DNA from: Gaiellales bacterium
GTDB lineage: Bacteria > Actinomycetota > Thermoleophilia > Gaiellales > Gaiellaceae
Length of the DNA: 64,000 bases
Direction of reading: 5' to 3'
Assembly: GCA_038236705.1 (NCBI GenBank)
Contig: JBBRZN010000007.1
Coordinates: forward strand, 8,741 to 72,740
Part shown: positions 1 through 8,521 of the stretch, piece after piece
How positions within the stretch are numbered: position 1 is the stretch's first letter
Layout: each line of letters starts with the position of its first letter
Translations under genes and position numbers: made by a program
The notes under the pieces: model-generated
Told to the model about the DNA's origin: nothing
What the model saw: only the letters and a program-made list of their open reading frames with translations
Database searches by the model: none

Positions 1-272
1 CCGACCGTGGCCAGCACTCGCCTTCCCGCGCGGGCGGCCGCGTGCGCCCGGACGAACCGCCACGCGAGGCGGGCGAAGAGCAGCGCCACGCCCAGCTTCA
101 CCCCGGCGAGCAGGAACGGGTAGTAGTCGGCGCCCGAGTAGCTCGGAGTGGCCACGTGGCGACCGAAATCGAGGCGGTGGATCAGACTGCGGCCGGCAAG
201 CTCGGCCACGAGGGCGAGCAGCGCGAAGGCCAGTCCGGCCGACAGGCGCTGATGCCGCCTTGCTTGCTGCAT
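1..272 (-). CDS. hypothetical membrane protein, N-terminal part only (gene runs off left edge)
   Basis: Reverse-strand ATG at 272-270 opens MQQARRHQRLSAGLAFALLALVAELAG... It has hydrophobic helices, GC3-rich codons and no stop before position 1. It is absent from the ORF track because it is open-ended. Confidence 0.4.
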   Translation of the reverse strand, partial: MQQARRHQRLSAGLAFALLALVAELAGRSLIHRLDFGRHVATPSYSGADYYPFLLAGVKLGVALLFARLAWRFVRAHAAARAGRRVLATV

Positions 273-316
273 GTGCGCAGTGTGCCTAAGACGGCACAGG
301 TGATCAAACGGCCGGA

Positions 317-703
317 TCAGCCGAGGACGGTCAGATTCCAGCGCGGGCGGCACGGGCGATCGAAGCCCATCAGCAGGATCCGCTGCCACCGGCCGAGGCT
401 GAGCTCGCCGTCGCGGAAGGGAATCTGCTCGCTGCGCGGGCCGAGCAGCCCGCAGAGCAGCCGCTCCCGCTCGCGCTCCTCCTGGGGCACGAGGCGCGTG
501 AGCAGGTCCTCGAGATCCGAGAAAAAGCCGGTTTCACGTTCCTGCACCCGCACCAGAGCGACGTCGTCCAGCGGCGAGACGTAGGCGATCCCGCTCGCGT
601 GGCCCGCCCCTGCGAGCTCCCGCTTCACGTCGTTGGTGATGTCGAGCACAGTGAGCGACGGCAGCGCCGAGGCAATTGAGTACGGGACCTCGACGCTGGT
701 CAT
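317..703 (-). CDS. YjbQ/UPF0047 family protein (secondary thiamine-phosphate synthase-like)
   Basis: ORF 317..703. The segments LDITNDVKRE..GIAYVS..FRDGELSLGRWQRILLMGFD resemble the YjbQ family as I know it. Its ATG overlaps the ispH stop (ATGA at 700-703). Confidence 0.7.
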   Translation of the reverse strand: MTSVEVPYSIASALPSLTVLDITNDVKRELAGAGHASGIAYVSPLDDVALVRVQERETGFFSDLEDLLTRLVPQEERERERLLCGLLGPRSEQIPFRDGELSLGRWQRILLMGFDRPCRPRWNLTVLG

Positions 704-1638
704 GCGGTGGTCACTTCCCGCGGAAGGCGGAAGCTGACGTTCTCCCGGGCCACCTCGACCTCACCGAGCTCGTCGAAGCCGAAGGAGGCGAGGCTGCGCA
801 GGACGGCCGCGACGAGCTCCTCGGGAGTGGAGGCGCCCGCGGTCAGGCCGACCGTCTCGTGCCCGGCGAGCAGTTCGGGGTCGAGGCCGCTCTCGCCGTC
901 GATCAGCCGCGCGGTCGCTCCGTTGCGCTCTGCCACCTCCACGAGGCGGCGCGCGTTCGAGCTCGTCTCGGAGCCGATCACGAGGATCAGCGTCGCGCCG
1001 CCCTCCGCCAGCGCCTTGACCGCGTCCTGGCGGTTCTGGGTCGCATAGCAGATGTCGTCGGCGGCAGGCCGCTTCAGGTCGCCGAAGCGCTCTCCGAGCG
1101 CGTCCACGGTCTCGGCGACGTCGTCGAGCGAGAGCGTCGTCTGCGTGATCACCGCGATCGGCTTGCCGCCGGAGTCCAGCTTCGCCGCGTCCTCGGGCGA
1201 CTCGATCACGACCGTGTCCTCCGGCCGCTCGCCGCGGGTGCCGATCACCTCGACGTGATCGGCGTGGCCGACGAGCGCGACGAGGTGGCCGCTGTCGGCG
1301 TAACGCCGGGCCTCCGCGTGCACCTTCGAGACGAGCGGGCAGACCGCGTCCACCACGACGAGCCCGCGGCTCTCGCAGGTCTGCCGCACCGACGGCGCGA
1401 CGCCGTGCGCGGAGAGCACGCAGATCGCCCCGGGCGGAATCTCGTCCTCGTGGTCGACGAACACCGCGCCGAGCCGCTCGAGCCGCTTGACCACGTGGTC
1501 GTTGTGCACGATCTGGTGGCGGACGTAGACCGGCGCGCCGTGCTTCTCCAGCAGGATCTCCACGATCTCGATCGCGCGGTCGACTCCGGCGCAGAAGGAG
1601 CGAGGGGCGGCGAGGAGGACCTGGCCTACGAGGACCAC
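700..1638 (-). CDS. ispH: 4-hydroxy-3-methylbut-2-enyl diphosphate reductase
   Basis: The C-terminal 312 aa of ORF 700..2256 carry the three conserved Cys contexts: PRSFCAGVDRAIE, AVCPLVSKVH and ICYATQNRQ. GTG at 1638 is the likely start; the upstream part of the ORF is Arg/Pro-rich shadow sequence. Confidence 0.9.
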   Translation of the reverse strand: MVLVGQVLLAAPRSFCAGVDRAIEIVEILLEKHGAPVYVRHQIVHNDHVVKRLERLGAVFVDHEDEIPPGAICVLSAHGVAPSVRQTCESRGLVVVDAVCPLVSKVHAEARRYADSGHLVALVGHADHVEVIGTRGERPEDTVVIESPEDAAKLDSGGKPIAVITQTTLSLDDVAETVDALGERFGDLKRPAADDICYATQNRQDAVKALAEGGATLILVIGSETSSNARRLVEVAERNGATARLIDGESGLDPELLAGHETVGLTAGASTPEELVAAVLRSLASFGFDELGEVEVARENVSFRLPREVTTA

Positions 1639-2210
1639 CCCTTCGCCGCTGCGCCGAGCCGGTCGAGCGCGCGCTTCGCGTCGGAGGCGGCGCGGGCGAA
1701 GCCGCGAGGCTCTCGCGCGAAGGCGCGGACGAGGCCGGGCCAGTCGTAGGCGCCGGCCGGCTTCACCGAGTCGCAGATTCCGTGCAGCGTCCGCTCGGGG
1801 GTGTCGCTGACCGCCCGCAGGACGCCGCGCAGACGTCCGCTCCGGGCCAGCGGCCCGCTCTCGAGATCGACCGCGTCGGCGCCGGTCAGCTCGTGCAGCC
1901 GGCGGCGCTCGGCCGGGTCGTCCACGACCTCGTCGGAGGCAAGCATCGTCACGGCCTCTGCGCCCGGGACGCCGAGCGGCCCGCCCTCCCAGAGCACCGA
2001 GCCCTCCCGGTCCACCACCCGCGTCGCGTCGAGGACGGTGCCGGAGGCGAGGCCGTCGCGCAAGGCGCCGGCGAGGCCGAACGAGACGACAGGCCCCTCG
2101 GGCACGCCGTTCGCCGCGCCGAGCCCGACGAGTGCCGAGCGCGCACCGGCGCGGCGAGCGACCCGCCGCTCCGCCGTTGTGGCGCAGGCGAAGAGTGGGT
2201 CGGCGGGCAG
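1626..2210 (-). CDS. hpnG: hopanoid-associated phosphorylase HpnG (PNP/UDP family)
   Basis: The last ~195 aa of ORF 1626..3182 contain VVSFGLAGALRDGLASGTVL and ADAVDLESGP. The gene sits between hpnH and ispH, as in known hopanoid clusters. No ATG/GTG/TTG is in frame near the N-terminus, so CTG at 2210 is only a best guess. Confidence 0.6.
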   Translation of the reverse strand: MPADPLFACATTAERRVARRAGARSALVGLGAANGVPEGPVVSFGLAGALRDGLASGTVLDATRVVDREGSVLWEGGPLGVPGAEAVTMLASDEVVDDPAERRRLHELTGADAVDLESGPLARSGRLRGVLRAVSDTPERTLHGICDSVKPAGAYDWPGLVRAFAREPRGFARAASDAKRALDRLGAAAKGWSS

Positions 2211-2362
2211 CGTTGCCGGTTTCCGGGCGCGCGAAAAGCGAGCCAGGGGAGGACATAGGGAGTGCCCATGCTCCGTTGCATGGGCGCGACTGAGGACGCT
2301 GCCTGGCGAAGTCTTTGCAGCCGCACGGGAACCGGTGGACGTTGTTCGCCGGCCCACTGCTA
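2192..2362 (+). repeat. degenerate third copy (C) of the ~160-bp TIR/hairpin element
   Basis: The left end AGAGTGGGTCGGCGG matches AGAGGGGTTGGCGG of copy B. The core TAGGGAG-GCCCATGC/GCATGGGC hairpin-CGACTGAGGACGC lies at 2255-2299, with the same ~70-nt spacing from the left end as in copies A and B. The right end is poorly conserved. Confidence 0.45.
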
Positions 2363-3364
2363 CCCCGTCAGCGTCCACGCCGCGCTGCGCACGGTTTCCC
2401 TGACGCTGCCGGTCGCCTCGAAGGCTGCCGATGGCTCGAAGCCGGAATGGATCGCGCAGTGCTCGCAGCGCGCGTCGTTGCCGGGCCCGTACTCCTCCCA
2501 CTCGATCCCGTCCAGCAGCGCCTCGTAGGTCGGGAAGATCCCGTCGGTGAGCAGGTAGCACGGGCCTTTCCAGCCGTACGGGTTGCGCGTGATCGAGCCC
2601 CAGGGCGCGCAGGCGAGCTTGCGGTCGCCGGTCAGGAAGTCCTGGTAGATGGGGCTCGCCAGCCAGCGGTAGCCGTTCTGGCGCGCGGCCGACCGGATGA
2701 CGCGGAACTTCTCCTCGTGCTCGGCGCGCGTCATCGTCAGGTTCGGGTCGATCTGCGAGTACTGGTAGCCCGGCGCGACGAGCATCCCGTCGATCCCGAC
2801 ATCGTCCGTGAGGTAGCCCATCATCTCGACCACCTCGGCGGGATCGGTCTCCTTGAAGATCGTCGTGTTCGTGGTGACGCGGAAACCGGCTTCGCGCGCC
2901 TTGCGGATCGCGTCGACGGCGACGTCCCACAGGCCCGGGTAGTCGCAGATGTAGTCGTGGATCTCGCGCATCCCGTCGAGGTGCACGACGAAGGTCAGGC
3001 GCTTGTTCGGCTCGAAGACGTGCAGGAACTGCTCCAGTCGGAGCGCGTTGGTGCAGAGCTCGATCGTCTTGTTCAGCTCGAGGAACCCTGCGACCACCTC
3101 CTCGATGCCCTTGAAGACGAGCGGCTCGCCGCCGCAGATCGAGACGACGGGCGCCGGGCACTGCTCGCCGGCGTCGACGCACTCCTCGACCGAGAGGCGC
3201 GCCTTGTTCGACTCGTACTCCCGGATCTTCCCGCAGCCGATGCAGGCGATGTTGCAGGCGAGCGTCGGCTCGAGCATCAGGACGAGCGGGTACCGCTCGC
3301 CCTTGCGCTGCTGCTGCGTCACGTAGCGGGCGATCTGAACGGTGGGAGCGAGCGGAAACTTCAT
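2360..3364 (-). CDS. hpnH: adenosyl-hopene transferase, radical SAM
   Basis: ORF 2360..3364 has the CxxxCxxC motif (ACNIACIGC) and reads full length like HpnH. It lies immediately downstream of shc, with a 4-nt overlap at 3361-3364. Confidence 0.9.
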   Translation of the reverse strand: MKFPLAPTVQIARYVTQQQRKGERYPLVLMLEPTLACNIACIGCGKIREYESNKARLSVEECVDAGEQCPAPVVSICGGEPLVFKGIEEVVAGFLELNKTIELCTNALRLEQFLHVFEPNKRLTFVVHLDGMREIHDYICDYPGLWDVAVDAIRKAREAGFRVTTNTTIFKETDPAEVVEMMGYLTDDVGIDGMLVAPGYQYSQIDPNLTMTRAEHEEKFRVIRSAARQNGYRWLASPIYQDFLTGDRKLACAPWGSITRNPYGWKGPCYLLTDGIFPTYEALLDGIEWEEYGPGNDARCEHCAIHSGFEPSAAFEATGSVRETVRSAAWTLTG

Positions 3365-5151
3365 CGACTGAGCCTTTCTCGTAGACGGCCGAGAGCGAGC
3401 AGCGGGAAGTGGAGACGGTACAGGTGGTAGCGAATCATGAAATCAAGCGGGAAGCCTGTGCCGGTGAACTGCCGTTCCTCCCAGTCGCCGTTTTCCTGCT
3501 GTGCGTTGCAGAGCCACTCCGCGGCGCGCCGGGCGGGCCGGCACTCCGCCTCACCTGCAGCGACATAGGCTAGTAGCGCCCAGGCCGTTTGGGAAGGTGT
3601 GCTTTCGCCCCGGCCTCGAGAGGCGAGGTCCGAGTAGGAACGGATGTTCTCGCCGAAGCCGCCGTCCTCGTTCTGCACCGAGTCGAGCCACGCGACCGCG
3701 CGGCGCATCGCGGGGTGCCCGGGCTCGACCCCGCAGGCCTCAAGCGCGGGCAGCGCCGCCCCGGTGCCGTAGAGGTGGTTGACCCCCCAGCGCCCGAACC
3801 AGGAGCCGTTGGGCTCCTGCTCGGCCAGGAGCCACTCGAGCCCGCGGCGCACCTCGTCCTCGTAGCCGTGTTCCGGCGCCAGGGCCTCCAGCGCGTGGGC
3901 GGTGACGTCGGCGGTCGGCTCGTCGGTGACCTTGCCGAAGTCGCAGAACGGCAGCTTGTAGAGCCAGAAGGCCTCGTTGTCGACGTCGAAGGCGCCCCAG
4001 CCGCCGCTGCGCGATTGCATTCCGGCCGTCCAGGCGAGCCCCCGGTCGACTGCGTCGCGCCCGCGATGGGAGCGGCGCAGTACCAGCGCGACCACGGCCG
4101 TGTCGTCAACGTCCGGGTAGAGGTCGTTCTCGAACTCGAAGGCCCAGCCGCCGGGCGCGAGCTCCGGACGGCGGATCGCCCAGTCTCCCCGCACGGTGAC
4201 CTCCTCGTGCTCGAGCCACTCGGCTGCGCGTACGAGCGCGGGGTGCTCGGGGCCGAGGCCGGAGTCGCGCAGCGCCAGCACGGCGAGGCCCGTGTCCCAG
4301 ACCGGCGACTGGCAGGCCTCCGGGCGCAGGCGGTCGCCCTCGTCGATCACGAACCCCTCCCAGCCTTCGACGGCGCAGCGCAGAGTTTCGTCCTCGAAGC
4401 CGTGCCCGAGCGCGACCAGCATCAGGATCGACCAGACCCACGGCGGCTGGATCCCGCCCCACGAGCCGTCGGCCTCCTGATGCGCCCGCACCCAGCGCTC
4501 GGCCTCCCGCAGCGCGGCTCGCCGCAGGCCCGAGGGCCGCGGCGCGGGCTTGCTCTGTCCCGGGCACGCGCCGATCTCGCGCAAGTCGATCCGGGCGGGG
4601 CGCACCGGCCGCAGCGCGCGGCAGGCGGCGAGCGGGACGTACGTGCCCCGGGCCCAGCAGGAGAAGTCGTAGATGGAGAGTGGGGCACTTGGAGGAAGCA
4701 GGACCAGTTCGACGGGGATCGGCGTGATCCGCTGCCACGGCCACTGGCCGAGCAGGGCCAGGAAGCACTTGGTGAAGATGCGCGTGCATGCTATCCCGCC
4801 CTGCGAGCGGATGAAGTTCCGCGCCTTCTCGCCGGGATCCACACCGGCGAGCTTCAGCGCCGCGTAGGCCTCGACCGAGGTCGAGAGGTCGGGCGGCCCC
4901 TCGAACCAGATCGACCAGGTGCCGTCCTCGCGCTGCCGCGCCAGCAGCTCGTTCGCGATCTTGCGGTCGAGCTCGGGGCTGCGCAGGCCGAGGACGTGGT
5001 GCCAGAAGAGATGCTGCGCGATCATGGTCGCGTTCGACTCGAGCTCCCCGACCCAGTAGCCGTCGCCGTGCTGGAGCTCGAGCAGGCGCGCCGTGGCCGC
5101 GTCGATGACCCCGTCGAGGCGCGTCTCGATCCGTTCCGGCGCGATGGTCAA
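3361..5151 (-). CDS. shc: squalene-hopene cyclase
   Basis: The C-terminal 596 aa of ORF 3361..6189 show QHGDGYW, repeated QW-type motifs and the catalytic DxDD (YPDVDDTAVV). The TTG start at 5151 overlaps the hpnE stop (TTGA). Confidence 0.9.
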   Translation of the reverse strand: MTIAPERIETRLDGVIDAATARLLELQHGDGYWVGELESNATMIAQHLFWHHVLGLRSPELDRKIANELLARQREDGTWSIWFEGPPDLSTSVEAYAALKLAGVDPGEKARNFIRSQGGIACTRIFTKCFLALLGQWPWQRITPIPVELVLLPPSAPLSIYDFSCWARGTYVPLAACRALRPVRPARIDLREIGACPGQSKPAPRPSGLRRAALREAERWVRAHQEADGSWGGIQPPWVWSILMLVALGHGFEDETLRCAVEGWEGFVIDEGDRLRPEACQSPVWDTGLAVLALRDSGLGPEHPALVRAAEWLEHEEVTVRGDWAIRRPELAPGGWAFEFENDLYPDVDDTAVVALVLRRSHRGRDAVDRGLAWTAGMQSRSGGWGAFDVDNEAFWLYKLPFCDFGKVTDEPTADVTAHALEALAPEHGYEDEVRRGLEWLLAEQEPNGSWFGRWGVNHLYGTGAALPALEACGVEPGHPAMRRAVAWLDSVQNEDGGFGENIRSYSDLASRGRGESTPSQTAWALLAYVAAGEAECRPARRAAEWLCNAQQENGDWEERQFTGTGFPLDFMIRYHLYRLHFPLLALGRLRERLSR

Positions 5152-6374
5152 GCCGCCACCTCGTGCCGCGCCGCCTCGAGCGCCCGCGCGGCCGCGAGGC
5201 CGCTGCGAACCGCGCCCTCCATCGTCGGCGGCCAGCCCGTGCCTGTCCACGCGCCCGCGCGCGTGACGTTGGGCCTGGCCGTTTCCGGCCCCGGCCGGTG
5301 CGCCTCGCTGCCGGGCCGGACGGCGATCGTGGCCTCCGGCTCGCGGCTGACGCGCGACCAGAGCAGCTCCGCCGGGCCGAGCCGCTCGGTCACCGCGCCG
5401 GCGATCAGCTCGACGAGCTCGCGGCCGCGCAGGGCCTCGAGCTCCGGCGCGCCGCTCGAGACGACGGTCAGGTACTGGCCCGTCTCGGGCTCGTGGCCGG
5501 TCAGGCGCCCGCGGTCGAAGACCCAGTGCGCGGGGCTCTCGAGCAGCGCCGCGAGAGGGGGGCGCAGCAAACGGCGGTCGACGAGCAGGTGCACGCTGAC
5601 GATCGGCGAGTGACCGAGCTCCGGCTCCGGCTCGCCGAGCAGGCGCGCGCCCTCGGCCGGCGGGACGGCCACGATCACGGCCTCGGCGTCGAGCTCGGCC
5701 AGCTCGTCCACGCGGGTGCCGGTACGAACCCTCGCTCCCGCGGCCTCGAGCGCCCGCCCCGCCGCCTCGCCGTGCATCTCGCCGAGCGGCCGCGTGGGCA
5801 GGATCAGGTCGGAGGCGCGCTTGCCGGCCAGCAGCGCCGTCTCGACGGTGAAGCTCCCGGCGGCTGCGCTCGCCTCCTCGGCCGGGAGGTTCAGCGCCGG
5901 TCGGATGAAGACATCCCAGAAGCGGTCGATCGCCTGCTGCGACTGGCCGCGCGCCCGCAGCACCTCGGCGAACGTCGCCCCTTCGGCGTCGCCCCAGCGC
6001 GCGAGCGAGCGCAGGATCCGCAGCCGGCCCCCAAGCGGCACGTGCCGGTAGCGCAGGAGCGCGAGCGGCGAGGGGCGGATCACCGCGTTTCGACCGAGCT
6101 CGTCGATCACGCTCAGCGCCAGCGGCAGCCGCTGCACCGAGCCACTCTCGCCGATCCGCTCGAGAAACCGCAGGTACTCGGTGAAGCACCCGAGCGCGAT
6201 GTGCTGGCCGTTGTCGGGCGGCGGCTCGGGGTCGCCCTCGCGGCGAGGCAGCGTCTGCACCGCGCCGCCGAGGGTCGGGCGCGCCTCGTGCAGCGTCACC
6301 TCGTGACCCGCATCCACGAGCTCGAGCGCGGCGCTGAGCCCGGCCAGCCCGCCGCCGACGACCGCGGCTCTCAT
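5148..6374 (-). CDS. hpnE: hydroxysqualene dehydroxylase (FAD-dependent amine-oxidase family)
   Basis: Starts MRAAVVGGGLAGLSAALEL (GxGxxG dinucleotide fold). ATG at 6374 overlaps the hpnD stop (ATGA). Its position between hpnD and shc fits hpnE. Confidence 0.85.
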   Translation of the reverse strand: MRAAVVGGGLAGLSAALELVDAGHEVTLHEARPTLGGAVQTLPRREGDPEPPPDNGQHIALGCFTEYLRFLERIGESGSVQRLPLALSVIDELGRNAVIRPSPLALLRYRHVPLGGRLRILRSLARWGDAEGATFAEVLRARGQSQQAIDRFWDVFIRPALNLPAEEASAAAGSFTVETALLAGKRASDLILPTRPLGEMHGEAAGRALEAAGARVRTGTRVDELAELDAEAVIVAVPPAEGARLLGEPEPELGHSPIVSVHLLVDRRLLRPPLAALLESPAHWVFDRGRLTGHEPETGQYLTVVSSGAPELEALRGRELVELIAGAVTERLGPAELLWSRVSREPEATIAVRPGSEAHRPGPETARPNVTRAGAWTGTGWPPTMEGAVRSGLAAARALEAARHEVAA

Positions 6375-7192
6375 CGCAGGAACCCCGCTCCCACGATGCG
6401 CAGCTTGATCAGCGGCGAGAGCCGCACCGAGCCGTGGAAGACGTCGAACTCGCGTGCCTCGATCCGGTCGAGCGTCGCCCGGTAGAGCCCGGCGAAGGTC
6501 GCAACGCAGGCCGAGCTGCGAGAGTCGAGCGAGCCGAGCAGCTCGAGCCCCTCCTCGAGATAGGCGCGCGCCCGCGAGGCCTGGAAGGCCATCAGCGCCC
6601 GCCACTCGGGGCCGGACCGGCCCGCGGCGATGTCCTCCTCCGAGACCCCGTAGGCCGCCAGCTCGTCCTGCGGCAGGTAGACGCGACCGAGCTCCCAGTC
6701 CTCGCGCACGTCGCGCGCGATGTTGATCAGCTGGAGCGCGACGCCGAGCGTCTCGGCGCGCTCGACCTCCTCCGAGCCGTAGACCGCGACGCAGGCGACG
6801 CCGACGGCGCCCGCCACGTGGCGGCAGTAGCCGTGCAACTCGCCGAAATCCGCATATCGGGTTTGCTCGGTGTCCTGGAGGCCGCCGTCCACGAGGTCGT
6901 GCAGCGCGCCGTCCGGGATCGGGTAGCGCGAGCGTGCGTCCGCGAGAGCCACGAGCACCGGATTCTCGCCGGGAGCCGAGTCGAGCGCCGCGTGCAGCTC
7001 CTGGAGCCGGGCCCGCTTCTCGTCCACGGGCAGCTCGCCGTCGGCCACGTCGTCCACTCGCCGCGCGAAGGCGTAGATGGCGGCAATCGCCTGCCGCTTC
7101 GGCCGCGGCAGCACCATGATCCCGTAGGCGAAGTTGCGCGCCTCGCGACGGGTGAGCCGCTCGACCTCGGCGTAGGCAGCCTCGACGGTCAC
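6371..7192 (-). CDS. hpnD: presqualene diphosphate synthase (squalene/phytoene synthase family)
   Basis: Asp-rich motifs are present at YAFARRVDDVAD and NIARDVREDW. GTG at 7192 overlaps the hpnC stop (GTGA). Confidence 0.85.
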   Translation of the reverse strand: MTVEAAYAEVERLTRREARNFAYGIMVLPRPKRQAIAAIYAFARRVDDVADGELPVDEKRARLQELHAALDSAPGENPVLVALADARSRYPIPDGALHDLVDGGLQDTEQTRYADFGELHGYCRHVAGAVGVACVAVYGSEEVERAETLGVALQLINIARDVREDWELGRVYLPQDELAAYGVSEEDIAAGRSGPEWRALMAFQASRARAYLEEGLELLGSLDSRSSACVATFAGLYRATLDRIEAREFDVFHGSVRLSPLIKLRIVGAGFLR

Positions 7193-8100
7193 CGTATAGC
7201 CGCCAGAGCCAGTCGCGCGCGCGAGGGGCGCGGCCGCTGGGTGAACACATCCCAGTCGGCTCGCTCGAGCGCCTCGAGCGCAGCGAGGCCGCCTCGGGCG
7301 AAGAGCGCCACGCCGCGGCCGACGCGCCCGCCGAGCCGGCGCCCGAGCTCCTCGCCGGAGCCCAGCAGGCCGCGCGCCCGCTCGGCCTCGAACTCCAGCA
7401 GCCACCGCAACGGCTCGTTCGGCTCCGTCAGCTCGGTGACGCCGAAGCGGCGCCGGTCCTCGGCCGGCAGGTACACGCGCCCGAGCGCGAGGTCACGTGG
7501 CACGTCCTGGAGGAAGTTCACGAGCTGCAGCCCTGTGCAGGCGTCGTCCGAGAGGGCGACCAGCGCCGGCTCGGTCCGCCCCACCACTCCGAGCACGAGC
7601 CGCCCGACCGGGTCGGCCGAGTGCACGCAGTAGCCCTTGAGCTCCTCCCACGTCTCGTAGCCGGCCACGCGCTGGTCGATCCGGTTGGCCTCGATCAAGC
7701 GCAGGAACGGCCCGCGTGGAAGCTCGCACGCGCGGATCGTCGGTTGCAGCGCCCGCATCACCTCCCACGTCGGCTCGCCCTCGTAGCAGGCCTTGACCTC
7801 GGCCTCGAGCTCGTCCAGCGCGGCGAGCCGGTCGCCTACGACGTCGCTTGTCGACGTCGTCTCAGAGGAGGCGCGGGCTTTGCCCGCGTCTCCGGCCAAC
7901 ACACGTCCTTTGAGCGACGAACGCTTCGTGCTACCGAGCCAGTCGGCTGAAAACTCGTCGCCGAGGATGTCCACGAGCCGCGCGAAGCCGTACACCGCTC
8001 GCAGGTGCGGGCGCAGCGCGCGCGGGAACAGGAGCGACGCGACGGGGAAGTTCTCCGTGCGCGCACGGGCTGCGACCGAGCTGGCGGAGGCCGGATCCAT
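7189..8100 (-). CDS. hpnC: hydroxysqualene synthase (squalene synthase family), with ~40-aa in-frame insertion
   Basis: Contains ENFPVASLLFP, FARLVDILGDE and NFLQDVPRDL. ATG at 8100 gives MDPAS..., with an alternative ATG at 8124 (MAERHGLC). It is the first gene of the operon. Confidence 0.85.
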   Translation of the reverse strand: MDPASASSVAARARTENFPVASLLFPRALRPHLRAVYGFARLVDILGDEFSADWLGSTKRSSLKGRVLAGDAGKARASSETTSTSDVVGDRLAALDELEAEVKACYEGEPTWEVMRALQPTIRACELPRGPFLRLIEANRIDQRVAGYETWEELKGYCVHSADPVGRLVLGVVGRTEPALVALSDDACTGLQLVNFLQDVPRDLALGRVYLPAEDRRRFGVTELTEPNEPLRWLLEFEAERARGLLGSGEELGRRLGGRVGRGVALFARGGLAALEALERADWDVFTQRPRPSRARLALAAIR

Positions 8101-8204
8101 GCACAAACCATGGCGCTCAGCCATACGGCTAGTCAAACGGCCTATCGCTCGCCTGCTCGGGCTGAGGCTGAAGCAGGACGGGCACGGGGAGGTGTTCGCA
8201 GGCG

Positions 8205-8504
8205 ATGCGGTCACGGCCCTCACGGTCACCCGCAAGGCTCAAGAAGCTCGCCGAGCGAACCGGCACCGCCGAGCTCTCGTCATTCGTGCGCTCGATCATC
8301 CAGGCCGACCAGCTGGGCATCTCCCTCGGCCGCATCCTGCGCGTGCAGGCGACCGACAGCCGGAACAAGCGCCAGGCCGCCGCCGAGGAGAAGGCGATGA
8401 AAGCGCCGATCAAGATGCTCTTTCCGACGGTGCTCTTCATCTTCCCGGCCATGTTCCTGGTGATTCTCGGGCCGGCGTTCCTCAACCTCTCAAAGATCTT
8501 CTAA
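8205..8504 (+). pseudogene. type II secretion system F-domain (TadB/TadC-like) C-terminal fragment
   Basis: LKKLAERTGTAELSSFVRSIIQADQLGISLGRILRVQATDSRNKRQAAAEEKAMKAPIKMLFPTVLFIFPAMFLVILGP is the last GspF-type repeat plus a terminal TM. There is no room for the ~200 N-terminal residues, because hpnC starts at 8100/8124 on the other strand. Confidence 0.6.
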
Positions 8505-8521
8505 CCGGACCGGAGGCGTCG

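Noticed and set aside
42-5613. Long Arg/Pro/Ala-rich ORFs opposite or overlapping real genes. Examples are 42..584+, 676..1749+, 2315..3430+ and 3589..5613+, and elsewhere 27147..29039+ (5' part), 8501..9361-, 9637..10893-, 16895..18274-, 30168..31922- and 57060..59621+.
   Set aside because: These are typical high-GC shadow ORFs. They have extreme R/P/A/G composition and no recognisable domains, and each lies antisense or out of frame to a gene with clear family motifs.
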